A DNA stretch of 37,209 nucleotides, taken from Patescibacteria group bacterium (GTDB lineage Bacteria > Patescibacteriota > Minisyncoccia > Phycocordibacterales > JBBUBG01). Location: positions 43,208-80,416 of the forward strand of contig JAZKIQ010000010.1 in NCBI GenBank assembly GCA_040384765.1, read 5' to 3'. The stretch's first letter is position 1, and each line of letters starts with the position of its first letter. The notes under the pieces were generated by a model that was not told the origin of the DNA, searched no databases, and saw nothing but the letters and a program-made list of their open reading frames with translations. The translations under genes were made by a program, and so were the position numbers. Below, in pieces: positions 1 to 7,290 of this stretch.

Positions 1-9
1 CCGCCCGTA

Positions 10-501
10 TCATACACCAAACTGTTTACCGAGAATATGGTGCGGATGTTCTCGATTGAACAGCTCCTCGCTGCGCTCGAGGAGGTACACTCGCTCGATC
101 CCCGCTTCGAGGATAGCACTCCAGCAGTCCTTGCAGGCCCACCAGTGACCCCAGAGGTAGAGGCTTGCCCCATCGGGGTCGTTTCCGCTCTCTCGTGCCG
201 CACGCAGTGCAGACGGCTCTGCGTGATAGGCAGGTGAGCAGCCTTCGCACAACTCGTACCCTTCACCCGTCTTGCAGCCAAGACGCTTGCGTTCGCACCC
301 CTTCTCCTCGTGGAATGCACTGTAGTTTGCTCCCACCCCAAGCACGGAGCCATCGCGCGATACAACCACCGCACCGGTCTTCACCAGAGGGTCAGTCGAG
401 CGCCGAGCCGCCTCCCGAGCAAGCCCCATAAAGCGATCGTCGCTTGGGACGTACAGAAACGTACGCCCTGGGGGGATGAACGGATATGGAATGGATGCCA
501 T
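10..501 (-). CDS. Zn-dependent cytidine/dCMP deaminase-family protein (163 aa)
   Basis: HAE motif, TGAVVV strand and WWACKDC in place of PCxxC, plus an extra Cys cluster (CERKRLGC...LCEGC). The start is reset to the ATG at 501 (MASIPYP) because the longer ORF overlaps thyA antisense. Confidence 0.85.
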   Translation of the reverse strand: MASIPYPFIPPGRTFLYVPSDDRFMGLAREAARRSTDPLVKTGAVVVSRDGSVLGVGANYSAFHEEKGCERKRLGCKTGEGYELCEGCSPAYHAEPSALRAARESGNDPDGASLYLWGHWWACKDCWSAILEAGIERVYLLERSEELFNREHPHHILGKQFGV

Positions 502-567
502 GTTTGTTCCTTTCGTCAATATTGCACCCAAAGGGTGCAGGACTATACTTATCGCAACCGCACCATC

Positions 568-1404
568 ATGGCACATTTTGACCTCCTCTACCAAAACCTC
601 CTGCGTGACATAGAAATGCACGGCATACAGGATGTCAACAAGCGCACCGGACACGAAACGAAGGCAATTCCGGGAGCGCAGTTCTCCATCGATCTCGAAA
701 AAGAGGGCTTCCCGCTTCTTACACTCCGCAAGATCCCTATTCAAGCGTTTATCGCAGAGCAAACCTGGTTTATCTCCGGCTCTCGCAAGCCCGCAGACCT
801 TCTGCGCGACTTCACCAAGATATGGGACGTATTCACGAACCCCGGTGACGTAGTGACCGTCGCATACGGGTATCGCTGGCGCCGCCACTTTGGGCGCGAC
901 CAGCTCAAGCTTCTCATCGATCTTTTGAAAAACGATCAGAGCTCGCGCCACGGAGTGATCGTCACCTGGGACCCAAGCTCAGATGGCCTCGGAGGTCCTG
1001 CGCGCAAAAATGTCCCCTGCCCTTTTACCTTTACCGTCAACATTATTGGCGGGCGGCTTCATCTGCACAACATTATCCGCTCGAACGATGTCATACTTGG
1101 GTTGCCGTTTGATGCAGCAGGGTTTGCATTTCTTGCACTGGTGCTCGCACAGAAGCTGGGTGTGCGCCCAGGTATCTACACACACTCGATCTCCAACGCA
1201 CACGTGTACGACAACCACTACTTCGCAATTCCTGAGCTCCTGCGCCGCCCGGCAGACCACCCAACAATCCACCTCCACCTTCCCGATAAAAGTTTTGAGC
1301 GGGCAGAGAAAAAAGATCCAGACCTTATCCGGGAAGTAGCCGCCCACCTTGAGGCGCAGTACCACCCCGGAGAACCCATCAAAGGCCTCAAGATTGCTTT
1401 GTAA
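568..1404 (+). CDS. thyA: Thymidylate synthase-family protein with Asn->Asp specificity change (possible dCMP methyltransferase)
   Basis: Motifs EQTWF, YGYRWR, SSRH, catalytic PC (Cys151), RSND..LGLPFD and HVY. Start taken at ATG 568 (MAHFD), downstream of TATACT at 544-549. Confidence 0.9.
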   Translation: MAHFDLLYQNLLRDIEMHGIQDVNKRTGHETKAIPGAQFSIDLEKEGFPLLTLRKIPIQAFIAEQTWFISGSRKPADLLRDFTKIWDVFTNPGDVVTVAYGYRWRRHFGRDQLKLLIDLLKNDQSSRHGVIVTWDPSSDGLGGPARKNVPCPFTFTVNIIGGRLHLHNIIRSNDVILGLPFDAAGFAFLALVLAQKLGVRPGIYTHSISNAHVYDNHYFAIPELLRRPADHPTIHLHLPDKSFERAEKKDPDLIREVAAHLEAQYHPGEPIKGLKIAL

Positions 1405-1424
1405 AAAATTTTAACAAGAGAACC

Positions 1425-2057
1425 ATGGCCATAATCGTACGCAGCGAAATAGTGGAGAGAATAAAAAGCGGAGATATGGTGTTCAACCCACCACTCGATA
1501 TCTTCCAGCTTCAGGAGCATGCAATAGATCTGCGCATGGGATTTACCTTCATGGTTCCAAAGCGATGGCACCTTACAAAAGCCGGCCGCGAGTCGCTCGA
1601 CGCCACCCACTTCGACAAGCCAAATAGTGAATATTTCGATATCGTGGAGCTCGAGGAGGGGCAAACGTTCGACCTCCTTCCCCAGGAGTATATTCTCGTA
1701 TCGACTCTTGAATCGATCAAAGTGCCTCGCGACCTGATGGCGGTGATGTATCCACGCTCTTCGACCAACCGCAAAGGCCTCTCGGTCGACCTTACCGGCA
1801 TCATCGACTCTGGATACGAAGGCCAGCTCACCATTCCGATCCGCAACAACACTCAGTCCCAAGTGGTGAAGCTCCACCCTGGCGAGCGCCTCTGCCAGAT
1901 CGTGTTTGAAAAGCTCACGATGTCTGTCGACGCACGCAAGAGCAAATACCACCGACGCGATATTATCGACGGCGTGAAGCGTGAAAAGCGCACCGAGAGC
2001 AAGCTCATTCTTGATGGTGCCATTCGGAAGCTAAAGAGCGATCACAAGATCAAATAA
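1425..2057 (+). CDS. dcd: dCTP deaminase/trimeric dUTPase-fold protein lacking the deaminase Glu
   Basis: Motifs IDLRMG, STLESIKVP, RSS..R.GL, GIIDSGYEG and GERLCQIVF. Pro138 occupies the position of E. coli Dcd Glu138. Confidence 0.85.
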   Translation: MAIIVRSEIVERIKSGDMVFNPPLDIFQLQEHAIDLRMGFTFMVPKRWHLTKAGRESLDATHFDKPNSEYFDIVELEEGQTFDLLPQEYILVSTLESIKVPRDLMAVMYPRSSTNRKGLSVDLTGIIDSGYEGQLTIPIRNNTQSQVVKLHPGERLCQIVFEKLTMSVDARKSKYHRRDIIDGVKREKRTESKLILDGAIRKLKSDHKIK

Positions 2058-2527
2058 TGGCAGAGATTATACTTATCGCTGCCATCGGAAAAAAAACGCG
2101 CGCTATCGGACGCGAGGGAAAGTTGTTGTGGAAAATCCCCGAAGATCTCAAGCGCTTCAAGGTGCTTACGCTCGGCTACCCGATCATAATGGGGAGAAAG
2201 ACTTTTGATTCTATTGGAAAGGCACTGCCTGGCCGAAAAAATTTCGTTATTTCGCGAAATCCCGACTTCGCACATCTGGATATTGAAAAAGTGTCGAGCC
2301 TCGACGAAGCGCTGCTTCTCGCAGAAGAATCAGCCCCGGAAAAGATATTTGTGATCGGCGGAGGAGAGATATACAAGCAAGCACTCACCCGCGCAGACCG
2401 CCTTATGCTTACTCTCGTAGACTCTGACGAGGAAGGCGACACGTTCTTCCCCCCATATCCCGAGTTCTCAAACGTCGTCTCAAAGGAAGATCACGCCGGG
2501 TTTTCGTTTGTGGAGCTCACGCGTTAA
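2057..2527 (+). CDS. folA: Dihydrofolate reductase
   Basis: Motifs LLWKIPEDLKRFK, IIMGRKTFDSIG, LPGR, VIGGGEIY and GDTFFP. Translationally coupled to the upstream gene (TAATG). Confidence 0.95.
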   Translation: MAEIILIAAIGKKTRAIGREGKLLWKIPEDLKRFKVLTLGYPIIMGRKTFDSIGKALPGRKNFVISRNPDFAHLDIEKVSSLDEALLLAEESAPEKIFVIGGGEIYKQALTRADRLMLTLVDSDEEGDTFFPPYPEFSNVVSKEDHAGFSFVELTR

Positions 2528-2536
2528 TCTATCTCA

Positions 2537-3235
2537 ATGCCCTATCTCATCCTCAAAGCACGCGATACGATCGCAGAAAACACCACACAGTTCACCTTTG
2601 AGACTCCGCCCGACTTTTCTTTTAAAGCAGGTCAAGCCGTGGATCTAACACTCGAGAATATGTCGTACACCGACGACGCGGGTGCCACTCGCACCTTCTC
2701 GATCTCAAGCTCACCAAATCATAAAGGCGAGATCACCATCGCCACACGTAACTCAAGCTCTGCTTGGAAACGCACGATGTTCGAGGCACCCATGGGTCAA
2801 AAGATCTCGTACACAAACCCAACCGGACAGTTTAACCTCCCCCGCAAACCGGAGGAGCACCTTATCTTTGTCGCGGGCGGTATTGGCATAACACCGTTTA
2901 TGTCGCTCGTCCGCTACGCAACGGAAGAGAAACGTTTCGACAAGATCACGCTTATCTACTCAAATAAAAGCGAGGCGACCGCCGTATACCTTGCCGAGCT
3001 CCGTGCGCTTGCCGCAGAAAATCCCAACCTCACCCTTATCGAAAACTACGGTTCGCTCACATCTGAGATCATCACAAAAGCCGCGCAAGCTGACCCACTC
3101 CCCAAGCTCTACTATATTGCAGGTCCGATCGGCATGGTTGGGATGGCGCACAAAACGGTCCAAGAAACAGGTGTCGATGATAATGATATCCTCATTGAGG
3201 AGTTCGCCGGATACGACCCTTCCGTACTCCACTAG
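2537..3235 (+). CDS. Ferredoxin-NADP reductase-like FAD/NAD(P) oxidoreductase
   Basis: Motifs FKAGQ, RTFSISS, AGGIGITP, YIAGP (Ala for the usual Cys) and C-terminal EEF. Confidence 0.85.
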   Translation: MPYLILKARDTIAENTTQFTFETPPDFSFKAGQAVDLTLENMSYTDDAGATRTFSISSSPNHKGEITIATRNSSSAWKRTMFEAPMGQKISYTNPTGQFNLPRKPEEHLIFVAGGIGITPFMSLVRYATEEKRFDKITLIYSNKSEATAVYLAELRALAAENPNLTLIENYGSLTSEIITKAAQADPLPKLYYIAGPIGMVGMAHKTVQETGVDDNDILIEEFAGYDPSVLH

Positions 3236-3288
3236 GGTGTGATACAACCGAGGAGGAACACGGTTCACGAACACGAAGGAGGTGCGGA

Positions 3289-4047
3289 ATGCAGATACTC
3301 TCAGATGCTCATCATCTTGAAACGATCGTGCGCCTCCAGGCGTGGCGATTGCTCGAGAAGGCGGAGAAGCTGAAGACGACGATGAAAAAGATTGGCGCCC
3401 AGGCGTTCGTCACTGACTGGGATGACACCGTCGCATATGGCGTCGTTGCCTGGTTTGAGAAGGCAATTGTGGATCTTGGCCAGGCTGACTACGACAAGCA
3501 TCTCGACGGCTGGGGCATGTACCAGAAGTACAAGGTGTTCAACAACGTGAAGTACTGGGACCCGGTCAGATTTGACCGCTGGGCCCAGAACACCGTCGAC
3601 CAGAACGACCTCGATCCGCACGTAGCGGCTATTCCAGGCAGTATCGAAGCTCTCTGGAAAATACCGAGCGAGACCCACCTGTGGTTCGCCGGATACCTCT
3701 CGGCACGAAGGGAACGAAACGAGGAGAGCATGCGGCGCATGCTCGAGCGTCTCGGTGCACCTCCCGGAGAGCTGTTCTTTCCGCCAAACCACGCAACGTA
3801 CGCAGACACGCACAAGATAAAGTGCGAGCTGCTCCGGTACATGTACCCCGAAGTACAGCTTCATATTGACGATCACCCGCTGATCATCAAAGAAGCTTCG
3901 GTACACTTCCCCGGACGTCTCTGCCACTTCAACGCCGACGCTGAGGGAGAGTGCCCCCAGGGCAAGATCATCAGTGCAAGCGGCCGCGAGTGGAGCTACC
4001 TCCGCAAGCGCCTGGCACACCACTACCCGCGCAAGCGCGTAGCGTAG
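3289..4047 (+). CDS. HAD-superfamily hydrolase, 5'(3')-deoxyribonucleotidase-like
   Basis: DWDDT motif I, LSAR motif II and IDD motif IV. Strong SD AAGGAGGT at 3276-3283. Confidence 0.65.
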   Translation: MQILSDAHHLETIVRLQAWRLLEKAEKLKTTMKKIGAQAFVTDWDDTVAYGVVAWFEKAIVDLGQADYDKHLDGWGMYQKYKVFNNVKYWDPVRFDRWAQNTVDQNDLDPHVAAIPGSIEALWKIPSETHLWFAGYLSARRERNEESMRRMLERLGAPPGELFFPPNHATYADTHKIKCELLRYMYPEVQLHIDDHPLIIKEASVHFPGRLCHFNADAEGECPQGKIISASGREWSYLRKRLAHHYPRKRVA

Positions 4048-4076
4048 CGGCAACAAGCCTGCCACGCAACGAGCGC

Positions 4077-4114
4077 AAAAGCCGCGATCCCTTCGGGATC
4101 GCGGCTCTTTTTTT
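4077..4114. terminator. Bidirectional intrinsic terminator
   Basis: AAAA-GCCGCGATCC-cttcg-GGATCGCGGC followed by a T-run, between convergent genes. Confidence 0.8.
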
Positions 4115-4149
4115 CTTCTGACCTTCTGTACTTAAACTACTGAAATTTC

Positions 4150-4575
4150 TTATACAATCTCAATCCCCATGCTGCGAGCCGTACCCGCAATAATCTTCAT
4201 CCCCGACTCAAGATCGTTTGCGTTGAGATCAACCATCTTCTTCTCAGTCACCTCTTTCAACTGAGCCTTAGTGATCTTGCCTGCCTTCTTGGTCAAGTTG
4301 GTGCCTGAGCCCTTCTCTGCCTTTGCAGCCTTAAGGAGAAGGTTCGATGCGGGAGGAGTCTTCAGGATAAAATCGAAGCTTCGGTTCTCATAGACACTGA
4401 TCTCTACAGGGATAATATCCCCGATCATCGAGCGCGTAGCGTCGTTGAAGCTCTTAATAAACTCACCAATATTGATACCTGCACCACCAAGAGCCGGACC
4501 AATAGGAGGCGTAGGAACAGCCTTTCCTGCCGGAATCTGGAGTCTGAGTACTTTTGTTACTTTTTTGCCTGCCAT
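4150..4575 (-). CDS. rplK: 50S ribosomal protein L11
   Basis: Motifs [26 protein letters not shown] and IAGTARSMG. Confidence 0.97.
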   Translation of the reverse strand: MAGKKVTKVLRLQIPAGKAVPTPPIGPALGGAGINIGEFIKSFNDATRSMIGDIIPVEISVYENRSFDFILKTPPASNLLLKAAKAEKGSGTNLTKKAGKITKAQLKEVTEKKMVDLNANDLESGMKIIAGTARSMGIEIV

Positions 4576-4594
4576 AAGTATGGTCTAAACTACC

Positions 4595-5140
4595 TTAAAT
4601 TCGATTGACCTGCAAGAAGTCGAGCTCGACGGGGGTCTCGCGGCCAAACATTGAGACGAGCACCTTCACCTTGCCGCGCTCCTCGTCGACCTCATTTACC
4701 TTCCCTTCGAAGTCCTTAAACGGACCGTCGACAATGCGTACCGACTCACCTTTTGTAAGGTCGATCTTGTGCTTGATAATATCGGCGCCCATGCGCTTAA
4801 AGAGCACATCCACTTCAGCCTGGTCGAGTGGCACAGGAGAGACACCTGCTCCCACAAAGCCGGTCACCCGAGGGGTATTGCGCACCACGTACCATGAGTC
4901 ATCGGTAACGATCATATCTACAAGCACATAGCCTGGATAGATCTTTTCCTCAACAGTTACGCGTTTTGCGCCCTTGGTCTTTATCTTCTTTTCCGTAGGA
5001 ACGATTACGCCAAAAATCTTATCCTCCATACCGAGGGACTCGATGCGATGCTTAAGGTTGCGCGCCACAGCATTCTCATATCCTGAGTAGGTGTGGATCG
5101 CATACCAGTGGCGCTCGGGGCGAATTTCTTGTCGTGCCAT
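4595..5140 (-). CDS. nusG: Transcription termination/antitermination factor NusG
   Basis: Motifs WYAIHTYSGYE, YPGYVLV, VRNTPRVTGF, KOW GPFKDFEG and FGRETPVEL. Confidence 0.97.
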   Translation of the reverse strand: MARQEIRPERHWYAIHTYSGYENAVARNLKHRIESLGMEDKIFGVIVPTEKKIKTKGAKRVTVEEKIYPGYVLVDMIVTDDSWYVVRNTPRVTGFVGAGVSPVPLDQAEVDVLFKRMGADIIKHKIDLTKGESVRIVDGPFKDFEGKVNEVDEERGKVKVLVSMFGRETPVELDFLQVNRI

Positions 5141-5151
5141 GTTATTCGTAG

Positions 5152-5179
5152 AAAGTTAAAAGTCCAAAGTCAAAAGCTA
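5152..5179. repeat. Degenerate heptamer tandem repeat (4 x AAAGTNN-like)
   Basis: aaagtta aaagtcc aaagtca aaagcta in the secE-nusG spacer. Confidence 0.5.
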
Positions 5180-5359
5180 GCGAACGAGAATGAGCGAAAC
5201 GAGCTGGAAAAAGCCGTAGTCAACAAGGGCAAGGAAGAGTGCGACGACCACAGAAACGCCGATCACGAGGCCGGTATACTGGATCACCTGCTCGCGAGAA
5301 AGCCACTTTACGTGCCTAAACTCCGCACGAGTCTCTTGGATATAGTTTGTTAATGACAT
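5177..5359 (-). CDS. secE: Preprotein translocase subunit SecE
   Basis: E.RHVKW motif plus a single TM helix, located upstream of nusG. Confidence 0.93.
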   Translation of the reverse strand: MSLTNYIQETRAEFRHVKWLSREQVIQYTGLVIGVSVVVALFLALVDYGFFQLVSLILVR

Positions 5360-5460
5360 TTTATTGGAAATTGCCCCTTAAGAAAAACCGCCCCGGAGGG
5401 CTGTATTTCTGTAGGATACCAGAGGTAAAACCATCCGTCAAACCCAAAGATGGCTTCGGA

Positions 5461-5802
5461 CTACCTGTTGTCCCCCGAGCCGTGGAGCACCCCCCGAGCC
5501 TTACGGGAAGCCAGCTTTTCGATATTCATCTGGGCCACCTCATCGAGGGTCGAGCCAAGCTCATGCGCACAGGCTGAGACGTACCAGAGCACATCCCCCA
5601 CCTCAGCAAGCAGAGCTTTTCTATCCTCTGGAGTAAACGGCTGTTTCGGGTCGTACGAGATCTCTCGAATAATCTTTTTGAGCTTGTCAGCCACTTCGCC
5701 CGACTCCCCCGCAAGACCGAGTACTGCATACATAAGGTTGTGCCCTCGATCCTTATAGAGCGCGGTCCCATCAGCCGCATCGTCATATTCGCGTAATGTC
5801 AT
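5461..5802 (-). CDS. MazG-like nucleoside triphosphate pyrophosphohydrolase
   Basis: Motifs LGLAGESGEVADKLKK and EVGDVLWY, ending GSGDNR. Confidence 0.88.
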   Translation of the reverse strand: MTLREYDDAADGTALYKDRGHNLMYAVLGLAGESGEVADKLKKIIREISYDPKQPFTPEDRKALLAEVGDVLWYVSACAHELGSTLDEVAQMNIEKLASRKARGVLHGSGDNR

Positions 5803-5834
5803 ACTAAAAATATACCAGCTGTTAAGAAATGAAC

Positions 5835-5951
5835 CAGCTCATAAAATCCTTCATATGCGAGGCGCGAGCGAGCATTGAGCGGAGTTATACAAAGGTACTA
5901 CTCCGCGAGTGGCGGAGCTCGCAACAAAGCAGATGAGGATTTTATGAGCTG
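5835..5951. repeat. MITE-like palindromic element (117 bp)
   Basis: Perfect 16-bp terminal inverted repeat CAGCTCATAAAATCCT / AGGATTTTATGAGCTG. Subterminal sequence resembles the elements at 9673 and 26882. Confidence 0.7.
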
Positions 5952-5969
5952 CGGCTACTAAGCAGTAAA

Positions 5970-7160
5970 TTATCTTTCCTCTGCCATCTGAGCTTTGAGT
6001 TGTTTTGAAGCCATAGTGTATCCCCCGTCAGCACCATCAATGAAGTGAACCTGTCTGCCGCGATGTTCGAACACGAGGCAGGTCATAACCGCGCGATTTG
6101 AAACATGCATGCCATAAAAAATCTTCCCTTCCCCTCGAAGCTCTTCGAGGTAGGTCGCTAAGGCTTTCCGTTTTTCCGGCGTGCCCGCGATTACCATACG
6201 CAAAAGATCATCAAACTTTTTGTAATCGCTTGAGCTTATGATGCGCCGTTTGTATTGCGGAAAGTCATAAAAAGGCTCTGAAATTCCTGAGCGCTCAAGA
6301 AGCACCGCACCCAAAAAGAGAAGTCCAAACTGCACCCTGAAAAGCCATTTGGAAAGTGTGCTTGAGTGCGAAGCAAGAACAGACGCCTCCCTCTCTACTA
6401 CCGCTGTTGAAAATGGCAATGCCAGCTTTTCAAGTGCAACGGGATGGTGCATCTCGATCGGGCCAAAGAGCGTTTCAACCTGCGCGATGATATCCCGATA
6501 CAAAGCAGCATCAGCACCTTCTTCACTTTTTGCTTTTATGATAAGGCTTATCGTTTCACCATACCGACTCTCTACGTCTCGCCAGCGGCACGAGAGCCCA
6601 TGGAGATCGGCTTCTCCTTGCACAGAGGGCATTGAAAGCGCATACCTCTTTTCAGTCTCGAGGCCTTTGACGAGCTTCTCGGCATACGACAATCCTCCGC
6701 CGCGAAACATTGCTTGATGGTACTCCTTTGATATATGGAATTTTGAAACGAGGATAGGGTGACCGGCAGCAACGATCTCTGACACTGCAATAATCCCTAC
6801 ACGAAGATCCATACCGAAACCTTCTTTCGCTTTTAGCTGCGCATCTGCAAGCGCCCGGCGAGACTCGTTCATCATGCTTGGCGGCAGCACAAAAGTGGCC
6901 CCATCTCCACCAAACACAAACGGTATATCGAGATTCCCTGCGACATGGAGAAGTGCAGCAATCGAAGAAGCTCCTACCAGGTTTACCTCTTTGTAGAGAC
7001 CGGCCTCGATCGCTTTTGTAGAACCTCGTACGTCCGTGATCACGACCCACCAGTCTTCTGGAACAGGCACATAGTTACCAGGATTAGCAACATCGCCAAA
7101 ATCCCGAAGAGACGGAAGGTCGTGATAAAAATTGCTTGTATCAATTTTTGAGTCGCTCAT
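5970..7160 (-). CDS. DUF3095-like protein (nucleotidyl cyclase-like N-terminus)
   Basis: Motifs TDVRGST, YKEVN, FVFGGDGA, LSCRW, KFDD.LRM and HFIDGADGGY. Confidence 0.75.
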   Translation of the reverse strand: MSDSKIDTSNFYHDLPSLRDFGDVANPGNYVPVPEDWWVVITDVRGSTKAIEAGLYKEVNLVGASSIAALLHVAGNLDIPFVFGGDGATFVLPPSMMNESRRALADAQLKAKEGFGMDLRVGIIAVSEIVAAGHPILVSKFHISKEYHQAMFRGGGLSYAEKLVKGLETEKRYALSMPSVQGEADLHGLSCRWRDVESRYGETISLIIKAKSEEGADAALYRDIIAQVETLFGPIEMHHPVALEKLALPFSTAVVEREASVLASHSSTLSKWLFRVQFGLLFLGAVLLERSGISEPFYDFPQYKRRIISSSDYKKFDDLLRMVIAGTPEKRKALATYLEELRGEGKIFYGMHVSNRAVMTCLVFEHRGRQVHFIDGADGGYTMASKQLKAQMAEER

Positions 7161-7183
7161 TATCAAAAAAGTATGGCATGGTC

Positions 7184-7279
7184 AGAAGTTTCAGTACAGA
7201 AGAGCTAAAGCTGGCACAAAAAACAGCGCCCGAAGGGGCGCTGTTTTTTGTACTTCTGGTCTTCTGTACTGAAACTTCT
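7184..7279. terminator. Terminator hairpin nested in a 20-bp outer inverted repeat
   Basis: Inner stem ACAAAAAACAGCGCCC / GGGCGCTGTTTTTTGT. Outer perfect IR AGAAGTTTCAGTACAGAAGA (7184-7203) / 7260-7279. Confidence 0.75.
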
Positions 7280-7290
7280 TCCAGCCTCTC

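Noticed and set aside
310-951. Long N-terminal extensions of the thyA-like (from 310) and deaminase (from 951) ORFs
   Set aside because: They overlap each other antisense and lack family motifs. ATGs at 568 and 501 give normal-length divergent genes.
10-4047. Prophage DNA-modification cassette
   Set aside because: No integrase, polymerase, structural genes or att sites are present, and the cluster adjoins core ribosomal genes. The left flank is outside the window, so it cannot be fully excluded.
3301-4065. 254-aa antisense ORF, and similar shadows such as 1218-1952, 24194-24859, 27857-28510 and 28891-29541
   Set aside because: They lie opposite motif-bearing genes and show no recognisable features.
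5970-7160. Cyclase-based anti-phage system (CBASS/Pycsar)
   Set aside because: No adjacent effector gene; the motifs fit the stand-alone DUF3095 family.
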